Below, piece after piece: positions 49,553 to 58,782 of a DNA stretch of 64,000 nt. Where the stretch lies: positions 1 to 64,000 of the forward strand of contig BTUM01000017.1 in assembly GCA_045863235.1 (NCBI GenBank), read 5' to 3'. Below the pieces are notes generated by a model. The model saw only the letters and a list, made by a program, of their open reading frames with translations, was not told the DNA's origin and ran no database searches. Numbering within the stretch: position 1 is the stretch's first letter; every line of letters begins with the position of its first letter. This DNA comes from Candidatus Xenobia bacterium. Lineage in GTDB: Bacteria > Vulcanimicrobiota > Xenobia > Xenobiales > QWHO01. Made by a program: the position numbers and the translations under genes.

Positions 49553-51477
49553 ACCTGCGCCTTCTTCTGCTGGTGGTGGCATTGCTGCTCCTGGCTCCGG
49601 CCATGGCCCAGAGCGAGTTGGACGAAGGCTCACTGGGGCTGGAGGCCCGCGCGGCCCTGGAATCGGACAACCTGATCAAGCTGCGCGAGAAAGCTCGCGA
49701 GATCTTGATCCAGAACCCCGACTCGGTGGCCGGGCACTTTTTCATGGGCTACTCCCTGCACCGCTCCGAGGGCGACCTGCCGCGCTCGCGCTACCACCTG
49801 GTCAAGGCCCGCGAGCTGTTCGAAAAGCGCTACGGCAAGCTGCCCGGCCCTCAGGTGTTCGGTTGGCTCGAGCGCATCCTGAGCGAACTGGCCGGAGTCT
49901 CGGCCGAGATGGACCTCTACGCCGAGCAGATCGAGGTCATGGAAGCCTACAACGCCATGTACCGCAACCTGATGAACGGCGATCCCCCCATCGTGGTGGA
50001 GTTCGCCTGGCCGCTGATGAAGCTCGGTCGGGAAGAAGAAGCCCGCCAGAAGATCAAGCAGTCGCTCGAGAATGGCGGGATGTTCTCGCGCTCGGTGGCC
50101 CTCAACACTCTCGGCGCCATCGAGATGGAGACGGGCAGCAGCCGCAAGTCCTACGAGGTTTTCAAGATGCTGCTCAAGGAGGTGGGGCCCTTCGGAGGCT
50201 GCACGTTCCTTCGCAACGGGGGTGAGGCGGCTTACATGGTGGGCGACTTCGCTCAGGCCGAGCGCTACTATCTGCAGGCCACCGAGTTCTTCGAGCCGGA
50301 GGGCTACTCCAACCCCTGGTGGGACCTGGCCAACCTCTACACCGCCGAGGCCCGCTTTCCTGAAGCGGTGCAGGCGGTTCAGAACATGTATCTCTGGTCC
50401 TCGCGCATGGAGTCGTTTCTGGCCCAGCAAGACTATGCCGAGCAGCAGCAGGCCACAGCCGAGCTTCTCTTGCAGCTCGGCTACAGCGAGCAGGCCATGC
50501 TCTCAGCCGGCCGAGCCGTGCGCCGGCCGGACCGCCAGGGGGGCAACTCCAACCAGCGCGATCAGTGGGAGGCAGGCAACCTGATCCTGTATCGAGCTAC
50601 CCTGCTCAACCGCGATCAGGCCATCCGCGAGGAGATGTCCTGGAGCCACGGGCGCCGCTGGTGGGATCTGTACCTCTCGCGCCAGAGCCTCGGCTACCTC
50701 GCCTGGTCGGCCGGACGACGGGCTGTAGCGGTGGCCGCCGCCAACGACCGGGTGGTCAAGAGCCTTCGCGTGTTCTCGGCCGGCACCATCATGATGGCTG
50801 ACTGGCACCGGCCCGATCTGGTGGAGCTGTATGGCCCCGGGGTGGTCGCGGCCGGCTTGGACGAGCTGCGCCAGGGCAGGTTTGACGATCTGGATCACCA
50901 GGAGCCCTACCTGAAGGTGCTGGAGGCTGAGGTCAACGCCCTGACCGGCAATCCGACCCGGGCCCTGGAGCTGATCGACCTGGCCCTGCAAAAGCTGCCC
51001 GAGGCCGAGTCGCTGGTGCGCTCCCGGGCCATGGCTCGGGCCGCCCAGATGGAGGAGGCTCGCGGCGACATGCCCAAAGCTCTCTCTCGCTACCAGCAGG
51101 TGCTGGAGACCGCCCCGGCCATGCTGCGCCTGCTCCGATTGCGCCTCCCGGTGCGCATCGAGGGAGCTACCGGGCTGCTGGCCCGGGTCCGCCGCCAGTT
51201 GCTCAGCTCGCCCCGCTTCCGCGAGGATGAGGATGGACTGCGCCTGTCGCTCTCGGGTGGCGAAGGGGCCCTCAGCGCCCGCCTGCTGGGCCCGGACGGC
51301 TCGGTGGTGAGCCAGGCCGAAGGCAAGACCGTGGACGAGCTGGTGGAGGCCATCCACCGCCAGACCTTCTCGCCCAGGGTCAACTTGAGCCAGGCTGACC
51401 TGAACTCGCTGGACGGCTCCAACGTCACCGGCACGGTGCAGAACACCAACGTGCAACAGCTGTTCAAGCAGCCCTGA
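49549..51477 (+). CDS. Exported TPR protein
   Basis: GTGA overlap with moxR, signal peptide LLLLAPAMA|Q, TPR-like helices. Confidence 0.8.
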   Translation: MNLRLLLLVVALLLLAPAMAQSELDEGSLGLEARAALESDNLIKLREKAREILIQNPDSVAGHFFMGYSLHRSEGDLPRSRYHLVKARELFEKRYGKLPGPQVFGWLERILSELAGVSAEMDLYAEQIEVMEAYNAMYRNLMNGDPPIVVEFAWPLMKLGREEEARQKIKQSLENGGMFSRSVALNTLGAIEMETGSSRKSYEVFKMLLKEVGPFGGCTFLRNGGEAAYMVGDFAQAERYYLQATEFFEPEGYSNPWWDLANLYTAEARFPEAVQAVQNMYLWSSRMESFLAQQDYAEQQQATAELLLQLGYSEQAMLSAGRAVRRPDRQGGNSNQRDQWEAGNLILYRATLLNRDQAIREEMSWSHGRRWWDLYLSRQSLGYLAWSAGRRAVAVAAANDRVVKSLRVFSAGTIMMADWHRPDLVELYGPGVVAAGLDELRQGRFDDLDHQEPYLKVLEAEVNALTGNPTRALELIDLALQKLPEAESLVRSRAMARAAQMEEARGDMPKALSRYQQVLETAPAMLRLLRLRLPVRIEGATGLLARVRRQLLSSPRFREDEDGLRLSLSGGEGALSARLLGPDGSVVSQAEGKTVDELVEAIHRQTFSPRVNLSQADLNSLDGSNVTGTVQNTNVQQLFKQP

Positions 51478-51487
51478 GCCCTGGCCC

Positions 51488-51850
51488 ATGGCAGGAAGCC
51501 GCCTCGCCTACTCGCTGGCCTTTCTGCTCTTGCTGACGGTCGAGGTCGCCATCGCCCTGTTCGTGCGCGACCGATTCGTCCGCCCTCTGGTGGGCGACAT
51601 GCTGGTGGTCATCCTGCTCTACTGCCTGCTCCAGGCGATCTTCCTGGTCCGGCCTGCGGCCGGGGCGCTGGGAGTGTTTCTCTTCGCCTGCCTGATCGAA
51701 GGTCTACAGGCCCTGAGCTACGCCGCCTGGCTGGGGGTGGACCACATCGGCTGGGCGAGGGTCGTGCTGGGAACGACCTTCTCCTGGATGGACCTGGTGG
51801 CCTACGCGGTGGGTTGCGCTCTGCTGCGGCTGGACCCGCGCTGGGTGTGA
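51488..51850 (+). CDS. DUF2809 membrane protein
   Basis: E..IALFV.D.FVRP..GD.LVV.L.YC, IE.LQ, LGTTFSW.D..AY. Confidence 0.85.
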   Translation: MAGSRLAYSLAFLLLLTVEVAIALFVRDRFVRPLVGDMLVVILLYCLLQAIFLVRPAAGALGVFLFACLIEGLQALSYAAWLGVDHIGWARVVLGTTFSWMDLVAYAVGCALLRLDPRWV

Positions 51851-51854
51851 GCGC

Positions 51855-52985
51855 TCAGCCTTCTGGCTCGAGGTCATTCGGGGCGGGCTCCGGGACGCCC
51901 CCCGGCAACTCATCGTCCACCCAGGCCATGAAGAGCTGATAGCCGATGGAGAGGACGGTGGCCCCGATGAACATGCCGAGAAGACCGGCGGTGGCCATTC
52001 CGCCCAGGGCTCCCAGCAGCACGACCGGCATGGGGGCGTCCACCCCCCGGCCCAGGAGCAGCGGCTTGAGCAGGTTGTCCGCCATCCCCGCCACCAGCAG
52101 CAACAGGGTGAAAAAGAGGTTGTGCGCGGTGGAGTGTCCGCCGGCCATCCACAGGTAGGCCACGGCCGGGACGTTGACCAGAATCAGCGGCACCTGAGCG
52201 ACCCCCAGGATCAGGGCCAGAATTGTCAGGATCCCCGCAAAGGGTATGCCCGCCATCAACATCACCAGACCCGACAGAATCGCCTGAATGAAGGCCACAC
52301 CGATGACCCCGAGGGCTACGGCGCGAATGGTCGCGGTGCAGAGCTCGAACAGCGGCGCGCCCCGCTCGGGCCCGGCCAGGCGTACGGCGATACGCCTGGC
52401 CGCTCGCGCGCCTGCGACTCCATAGGCCATGATGACCCCGGCTACGATGAAGGAGAGAATGAATCCCAGCACGCCGCCCCCCAAGCTGGCCAGCATCAGG
52501 AGGACCTTCTTGAGGGCCGTGCCCAGCTCGGGCTGCATGCTCTGAAGCAGCCCGGGCAAGTCGTTCATTGCGCGCGTCCACAAATCGTGAAGCTGGTCGC
52601 CCAGGATGGGAATCCGGGTGAGACGGTCAGAGGGAGGCGGAATTTGCAAGGAATCGCTGTTGGCGGTCTGCACCAGCCCGCTGACCGACCCCGTCAGAGA
52701 GCTTGCCAGCACGACCGTCGGGGCGACGATCAGCACCAGGCCGAGCAAGACCAGAACGGTGGAGGCTCGTCCCTGCTTCTGGCCCAGAGCTGCGGCCAGG
52801 CGCTGGTGCAGGGGATAGAGCGTCACCGCCAGGATGAGCCCCCACAACATCAAGTTCATGAAAGGCGAGAAGATCGTGTAGCAGAAAGCGACCAGCCCCA
52901 GAATCGAGCCGAAGCGGATCAGCATCAACAGCAGTCTGGCAACCACTCGTTTCTCGATGTCGAGAAGCTCGTCACGTTCGAACAT
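51855..52985 (-). CDS. AI-2E family transporter
   Basis: W..ILAV.LYP, GV.GVA.IQ, DN.LKPLLLGRG...P..V.LLGA.GG...G..G.F.G. Confidence 0.9.
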   Translation of the reverse strand: MFERDELLDIEKRVVARLLLMLIRFGSILGLVAFCYTIFSPFMNLMLWGLILAVTLYPLHQRLAAALGQKQGRASTVLVLLGLVLIVAPTVVLASSLTGSVSGLVQTANSDSLQIPPPSDRLTRIPILGDQLHDLWTRAMNDLPGLLQSMQPELGTALKKVLLMLASLGGGVLGFILSFIVAGVIMAYGVAGARAARRIAVRLAGPERGAPLFELCTATIRAVALGVIGVAFIQAILSGLVMLMAGIPFAGILTILALILGVAQVPLILVNVPAVAYLWMAGGHSTAHNLFFTLLLLVAGMADNLLKPLLLGRGVDAPMPVVLLGALGGMATAGLLGMFIGATVLSIGYQLFMAWVDDELPGGVPEPAPNDLEPEG

Positions 52986-53070
52986 GGTGCCCCTCTCTCG
53001 CGGCACGGGGCTCCATCTCCTCCCTGTGGCCTCGAAGGGGGAGCGCCGGCCCAAAAAGAAGGGTGCCAGC

Positions 53071-53487
53071 ATGGAGCTGACCCCCGAACTGAGAGACTTC
53101 CTTGATCGGGCAAATTTTGCCCACCTGTGCACCCTGCGCGCGGACGGCGGGCCCAAGTCCGATCCGGTCTGGATTGGCCGGGAAGGAGACCGGCTGCTGG
53201 TCGGGACGGGAGAGGCGACCCCCAAGTGCCAGAACACTTACCGCGATCCCCGAGTGGCCATCTCGGTGGTGGACATGCAAAACCCCTACGAGGTGCTCCA
53301 GATGCGGGGTCGGGTGGTGGAGCATCGCAACGACTCAGACCTGGTCATCATGGATGCCATCGCCGTCAAGTATACCGGACAGCCCTTTCCCTGGCGCAGT
53401 CCCGAGGGGCGGGTCGCGATGGTGATCGAGATCGAGCATGCCCGGCTGAACAGGCTGCCTTTTCAGCACAACCCGCAGAAGGTCTGA
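53071..53487 (+). CDS. PPOX-class F420-dependent oxidoreductase
   Basis: A.L.TLRADG.P...PVW, K..N..RDPRVA.SV.D..NPY.....RG.V. Confidence 0.9.
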   Translation: MELTPELRDFLDRANFAHLCTLRADGGPKSDPVWIGREGDRLLVGTGEATPKCQNTYRDPRVAISVVDMQNPYEVLQMRGRVVEHRNDSDLVIMDAIAVKYTGQPFPWRSPEGRVAMVIEIEHARLNRLPFQHNPQKV

Positions 53488-53538
53488 AAGTGGGGTAGCA
53501 GCTGAAGGGTGAGCTGCCAGGTCGCGGAAGCATCCAGC

Positions 53539-54273
53539 ATGCTGGGCCTGCTCCCTCTTCTTCTCCTGGCTCTCTGGCTCTTCGCGCAATGGTCGAGCCG
53601 CTGGGGGGCGACCGACGAGGAGGTCCACCAGACAATGCCTGGAGACGAGTATCTCGCCGATCGCTCCGAGCGGCGGGTGGTGATGACCCGGGCCATCAAC
53701 CTGAACGCCGAGCCGCAGGTCGTGTGGCCCTGGCTTGCCCAGCTCGGACGAGGGGCGGGCTACTACAGCTTCGATCTGCTCGACAATGGCGGGAAGGCCT
53801 CGGCCCGGCACATCGTGGGCTGGATCCCCCCTCCCCGGCTGGGGGATGCCGCGGCCATCGGGTACCTTCGCCATCTCGAGCCTGAACGCGCCCTGGTGTG
53901 GTGGGTGAAAGGGCTGACCTGGATGGGCGCCACCGCCCGGATGGTGATCGACATCCGACTCACTCCGACGCCCGCCGGGTCACGCCTGGTCATCCGCATC
54001 ACCGGCCAGGCAGGCGGCCTCACGGCAGCTCTGGCGCTGGGGCTCTTTCAGTTGATCGACGGCATCATGGCCATCCGCCAGCTGCTCGGCATCAAGCAGA
54101 GGGTGGAGCGTTACGGAGCTCGCACCAGCGACCCGGAGAGACCAGAGACGGGACAGCGGGATCAGTACCAGCTCTTCGAGACCATCTATGCTTGCGGAGA
54201 GCGTTGCGGGGTGGCGGGGAAGGAGGATGCCGCTCGCTGGCGGCAGGCGGCTTTGGAGGATGGAGTGCTCTGA
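53539..54273 (+). CDS. SRPBCC-like conserved protein
   Basis: WGAT..E....PGD, TRAI...A....VWPWL.Q.G...G.YS.D..DN, M....L.GIK.RVE. Confidence 0.8.
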   Translation: MLGLLPLLLLALWLFAQWSSRWGATDEEVHQTMPGDEYLADRSERRVVMTRAINLNAEPQVVWPWLAQLGRGAGYYSFDLLDNGGKASARHIVGWIPPPRLGDAAAIGYLRHLEPERALVWWVKGLTWMGATARMVIDIRLTPTPAGSRLVIRITGQAGGLTAALALGLFQLIDGIMAIRQLLGIKQRVERYGARTSDPERPETGQRDQYQLFETIYACGERCGVAGKEDAARWRQAALEDGVL

Positions 54274-54315
54274 TTCTGGACACGTTCGCCCGGGGCAAAC
54301 CAGAGCCGGGCAACG

Positions 54316-54349
54316 AAAGACGGGAGACCGTGATTGGTCTCCCGTCTTT
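54316..54349. terminator. Bidirectional intrinsic terminator
   Basis: aaagacgggagacc-gtgatt-ggtctcccgtcttt, a 14-bp perfect stem. Confidence 0.85.
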
Positions 54350-54369
54350 AGCTCGCCCGGGAGCGAAGG

Positions 54370-55359
54370 TTAGCCCTGAGGCAACCTCTGCTGGGGCGGA
54401 TGGGCCGCCACCGGCATCGGAGGCATCATAGGCGGGGCCGGCTGCGCCGGCCGGTCAGAACCAGACGGGAGGCTGGAGAGCAGGTTGATCATCGTGTCAG
54501 CCCGTCCCCCGGCCGGGATGATCGTCAGGTCGGCCCCCTCGGCTTCGAGCAGCCGCTGGGTTTCCAGAATCTCGAACATGACCTGGACAATCTCGGGCTC
54601 TTCGGCGATTTCGTTGAGCGCGCCGCCCACGATCTGCGGACGCAGAGCCGCGGCTTTGGCGAACTCGACTGCAGCCTGGCGCTCGGCCGAGGAAGTGATC
54701 AAGTTGACCTGGTTGGCGCCGTCCTGTCGAATGGCGCTGGTGACCTGGCGCAACCGGGTGACCACCTTGATCTCGATCTCGCGCAGCATGCCGCGATCAC
54801 GGAAGTGCACCTTGCGGATGTAGACCGAGCCGACCTTGTAACCCCACTGGTGGGACTGAGGCGAAACCTCGGCCCGCACGGTGCGGCTCATCTGGTGGCG
54901 GTTTTCCAGCATGTTGGCCAGCTTCATATTGGACAGGCAGCGCACGGCCGCGCTCGAGACGCTGGCCCGCAGCGAGCCACGCGGATCGGTGTTCTTGAAG
55001 AGGTAATTGACGGGGTCGGAGATGTACATCTCATACCACACGCCGATCCCCATCGGAGCTCCCTCCTCGGAGTTCACCGGCACGCCGCGCAGATACTCCT
55101 GATCAAGCCGCAAATCGACCACGTAGCACTTGCCGAAGAAGTTGATCAGCAGGGCGTCCAGGCCGAGCTTGGCGGGCAAGAAGTAGAAGCCAGGCTCGTC
55201 GATGGCGCCTTTGACCTGACCCCAGAGGGTGTAGATGCGGCAGGTGCGCTCCTGCACCACCACATAGAGGCCGAAGAACCGGGCGAAGCCCAGCAGCACC
55301 TCAACGCCGATGAAGAAGAAGATGAAACTGGAGAAGGCGAAGCCGATCGTCTCACCCAT
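54370..55359 (-). CDS. SPFH/Band 7 protein
   Basis: N-terminal TM, V.E...WG...EPG..F, vertical strand pattern, helical tail A..Q...E.AKA. Confidence 0.8.
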   Translation of the reverse strand: MGETIGFAFSSFIFFFIGVEVLLGFARFFGLYVVVQERTCRIYTLWGQVKGAIDEPGFYFLPAKLGLDALLINFFGKCYVVDLRLDQEYLRGVPVNSEEGAPMGIGVWYEMYISDPVNYLFKNTDPRGSLRASVSSAAVRCLSNMKLANMLENRHQMSRTVRAEVSPQSHQWGYKVGSVYIRKVHFRDRGMLREIEIKVVTRLRQVTSAIRQDGANQVNLITSSAERQAAVEFAKAAALRPQIVGGALNEIAEEPEIVQVMFEILETQRLLEAEGADLTIIPAGGRADTMINLLSSLPSGSDRPAQPAPPMMPPMPVAAHPPQQRLPQG

Positions 55360-56326
55360 GGTGGGCCTCCAGAATGACCCGGCGAGCTTTGCGCAGCAGG
55401 CCGAGTCGCAGATTCTTCACGTAGAGGGACAGGGCGTTGGGACCGTGCTTCTTCAAATCGCGCAGCTGCAGTGCCAGAGCTCGGAGCGGCTCGACCTCGG
55501 CCTGGGCGCGCAGGGTCTCGATCTCGACCGCGCGCCTGGACTGGACGATCTTCTGATCGGCCGAAGCCTGAGCCACGCTGATCTCGGAAGAAACGTGGTT
55601 GTGAGCGGTGTTGATGGCGGCCAGGGCCGAGTCGACCTCCTGGGGAGGGTCGATGCCGGTGATCAGGGCGTCCTCCAGGATAATGCCATAGCGATCTTCG
55701 GAGGCCTTGCACTCAGCCACCATATGGGCGTTGATGTCGCTCAGGTTCTTGCGCAGGTCGTTGATGGAGATGCCCTCGACGCGCTGCTCATGGTGCTCGC
55801 CACCCGGGATCATCGGCTCGCTCGGCGCTTCGAAGTTGGCGATCTTCTCGCGCAGAATCGAGTGGATGAAGCCCATGATGTGTGCCCTCGGGTTCTTGAT
55901 CCCGAAGACGTAGCCGTAGAGGTTGTTCTCGGAGACTTTGTAGCGAATCTGACCGGTCAGGCCCACGTTGAGCTGGTCCTTGGTGACCGCTTCGAGCACT
56001 TGCCCGCCCTGATTGACGCTGGGATCCTGGGGGTCGTAGCCGATACTGACCGTCTCCGTGGCGATGTTGACCTTATAGACCGACTCCCAGGGCATCTTGA
56101 AGTATGGTCCTCCGGGCGGGATGATCTTGACCCGGGGGAAGTTGTAGCGCTCCATCTCCTCTTCGGTCAGATTGGCGCTGTCAATGGCCGGGCCTTCTCG
56201 TTCGGCCCGTCCCCACACAGTTTTCACGGCTCGCTCGTTCTGCTCGACCGTGTAGATTCCGAAGAGAACGTAACGGACGATGAACCAGCCGGCAAAACCG
56301 AGCATGATTCCTATCAAAGCACCCAT
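55352..56326 (-). CDS. SPFH/Band 7 protein (HflK-like)
   Basis: TM, V.QNERAV...WG, PGG.YFKMPW, TKDQ, IT.IDPP.EV..A. Confidence 0.85.
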   Translation of the reverse strand: MGALIGIMLGFAGWFIVRYVLFGIYTVEQNERAVKTVWGRAEREGPAIDSANLTEEEMERYNFPRVKIIPPGGPYFKMPWESVYKVNIATETVSIGYDPQDPSVNQGGQVLEAVTKDQLNVGLTGQIRYKVSENNLYGYVFGIKNPRAHIMGFIHSILREKIANFEAPSEPMIPGGEHHEQRVEGISINDLRKNLSDINAHMVAECKASEDRYGIILEDALITGIDPPQEVDSALAAINTAHNHVSSEISVAQASADQKIVQSRRAVEIETLRAQAEVEPLRALALQLRDLKKHGPNALSLYVKNLRLGLLRKARRVILEAHHG

Positions 56327-56372
56327 ACTGGCCCCCTTTCCTTATGTTGAGGATAGAAGGCCGGTAGAGCCC

Positions 56373-57491
56373 CTATTCCTCGGGTATCCCTCTTTGCAGT
56401 TTGAGTCGATTGCCGATCAGCACCTTCCAGGTGCCATCGGGTTGCATGCGCTCGAGATGGTTGACCATCCAGCTGCGCACCTCGCGTCCGTCGGGCTCGG
56501 TGACCACGATGTGGACCGCTCCCACCCGGTAGGTATTGCCGTCGTAGACAATGTTGTGTTTGTCGTCCTCGGCGTAGACCACCGGGCCGCGCCACGAGGC
56601 GATGTTGTAATAGAAGGTCTGGGCATCTTGCAGCTTGACCTTGGCTCCCTTGGGCATCTCGCGAACGGGCTGAGCAGCCTTGGGGTAGACCTCGGTCTGC
56701 CAGATTCGTTTCTGAATCTGGTCGCTGAGCTGGTTGATCATGGAGTCCTGGGACCGGATCGCCTCGGGGAGTTGCACGGCCTGGCCAGGCGTGACCACGA
56801 AGATCTCCTTGTCGGCCAGGGCCGGCTCCTTGGTGGGGGCATAGGGAGACTTGCCCGTGCCGGAGGGAGACTTGCCTGGCGAGGGCGACTTGCTCGCACC
56901 CGGAGAAGGAGAAGGCGATGGCGACCCGCTCGTCATCGTCATGGCCGGAATAGCCTCTCCCTTGAGCAGCGCCTCGGACTCGGCCGCCGCCAGGTAATCG
57001 AGGGCCCGGGTAGCCTCGGTCGAGTCGGGGGCCAGGTCGAGAACATTCTTGGCGTGAAAGTAGGCCTCCGAGTGCACCGAGGGTCCATCTTCCAGATTGC
57101 CCTTCGACAGCATCAGATAGAACTGTACCTCGGCATCGTCCGGATTCTGCTCGGCCGCCTGCGACAGCAAAGGAAGAGCCTTCTCCCAGCCCTTCGCCAG
57201 GGCCAGGTCGACGCCTTTGCGTTTCAGCACGTCGTACTCGCTCAACGACTGACGCACAACCGGACCGTAATCTCCAGGCGTGTGCTCGGGACCGGTATAT
57301 TGAGGGACCGGCGTGGGCGAAGCACTGGCCGAAGGCGACGGCGAGGGGGATTTTGAGGGTGAAGCCTTGCTCGGTGTCGGCGATGGCGAAGGCGCCGGAC
57401 TCGAGCCGCAACCGGCCGACCAGAGGCTGACAGCCAGGCACAGCGCGAGGGCAGATTTGGTCCACGGTCTTGCGAGCAAGTCTCTCTCCAT
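56373..57491 (-). CDS. Lipoprotein with Pro/Ser linkers and a TPR pair
   Basis: Lipobox SAG|C, (SP)n linkers, A..LL..A...NPDDAE..FY. Confidence 0.8.
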   Translation of the reverse strand: MERDLLARPWTKSALALCLAVSLWSAGCGSSPAPSPSPTPSKASPSKSPSPSPSASASPTPVPQYTGPEHTPGDYGPVVRQSLSEYDVLKRKGVDLALAKGWEKALPLLSQAAEQNPDDAEVQFYLMLSKGNLEDGPSVHSEAYFHAKNVLDLAPDSTEATRALDYLAAAESEALLKGEAIPAMTMTSGSPSPSPSPGASKSPSPGKSPSGTGKSPYAPTKEPALADKEIFVVTPGQAVQLPEAIRSQDSMINQLSDQIQKRIWQTEVYPKAAQPVREMPKGAKVKLQDAQTFYYNIASWRGPVVYAEDDKHNIVYDGNTYRVGAVHIVVTEPDGREVRSWMVNHLERMQPDGTWKVLIGNRLKLQRGIPEE

Positions 57492-57739
57492 TCCCTACCT
57501 CCCCAGATGCTTGGATGTCCTTCAAGATCGGCTCATCGCAATCCTGGCGACAGGTCGGGGTAACCAGGTCCTTCTTGTTCATACCCCGATTTTAACCGAT
57601 CCTCAGGCCCACACTCGCCACAGCGCAGGCCCGGCAGAGAAAGAGACGCCAGAACTGAAGGACTTCTTCCACCTCTACAGATCAAATGCTCTGCTACTTG
57701 ATGCAAAGTCCTCGAAGAGGGGATCAACGCGCGGGCGCC

Positions 57740-58645
57740 TTATCGTCTCGTGGGTGGCTGAGCGCCCGACGTCAACTCGCCCAGATTCAACAGCGGCGTG
57801 GCACCCCCGGAGACCTTCGGGAGTTCCCCGTTCCACTTCTCGATCGCTTTCATCTGGGCCTCGATGGCTTTCAGGCGAATGATCTCGTCGTTGACGTTCT
57901 GGCGCAGCAGTTTCTGCTCTTCCGCCTGGCCCTGAGCGCGGGCCACGGTGGAGTCACGTTCGCCTTGCGCCCGGGTGATGGAGATTTCGGCCTCCTTCTT
58001 GGCCTGCTGCAACTCGTAGTTCTTCTTGAGCGCCTCCTGCTCGGCGACCTGTTTGGCCTCAATGGCGCGCGCGAACTCAGGCGAAAACTTGAAGTCGGTA
58101 ATGGAGAAATCATCCACCAGAATGTGAAACTTCTCCAGCCTGGAGGTCAGAATCTCTTGCGCCTTGTTCTTCACCTCGGGGCGCTTGGCGATGAGATCGG
58201 TGGCATTGTATTCTGCAGTGACGGCTTTGATGCTCTCCTGCACCGATGGCTCGATCAACTTGGCCCCATACTCGTCTCCGACTTGCTGGTAGGTGAGAGC
58301 GACGCGTTCCGGATCGAGGTGGTAGTTGATCACGACCTGGACGGCGACCTGCTGCAGGTCTTTCGAAGCGGCAGAAGCCTCCATCTGGCGCTTGTCGACC
58401 CGCACCGACATGGAATGGATGCTCTGAACCAGAGGCATCATGAAATGCAGGCCCTCACCCAGGTTCTTCTTGGTATCGACCCCTGAGAAAGTATTGAACA
58501 CCACTCCGCGGTGACCGGCCGGTACGATCGAGAAGGGCTTGAGAATCATGGCCGCGACCAGCCCCACAATGACGACGACCAACCAGAAAATGAACTTCAG
58601 CCCGGGCAGAACGCCCGGCTCTGAATCCTCCTTCGACCTGGACAC
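57740..58645 (-). CDS. Prohibitin-family SPFH protein
   Basis: VPAGHRGVVF, GEGLHF..P, SKDLQ, F..AIE.KQ.A.Q, KWNG.LP. Confidence 0.93.
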   Translation of the reverse strand: MSRSKEDSEPGVLPGLKFIFWLVVVIVGLVAAMILKPFSIVPAGHRGVVFNTFSGVDTKKNLGEGLHFMMPLVQSIHSMSVRVDKRQMEASAASKDLQQVAVQVVINYHLDPERVALTYQQVGDEYGAKLIEPSVQESIKAVTAEYNATDLIAKRPEVKNKAQEILTSRLEKFHILVDDFSITDFKFSPEFARAIEAKQVAEQEALKKNYELQQAKKEAEISITRAQGERDSTVARAQGQAEEQKLLRQNVNDEIIRLKAIEAQMKAIEKWNGELPKVSGGATPLLNLGELTSGAQPPTRR

Positions 58646-58676
58646 AGCCTTGAAGACCTCCCTTTCGTAGTCTCCC

Positions 58677-58734
58677 TAAAGAAAACAAGAACCCGACCGG
58701 GTCTGCTGGAAGGATGCCAGCGCCGGGTCGGGCT
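58677..58734 (-). terminator. Long hairpin with U-tail between ygeY and the prohibitin gene
   Basis: Minus strand agcccgacccgg...gctgg-catcctt-ccagc...ccggtcgggtt followed by cttgttttcttt. Confidence 0.6.
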
Positions 58735-58782
58735 CGCGAGCCCGGGCGGGAGCCCGGAAACTCAACCAGATCATCTGGTCTG

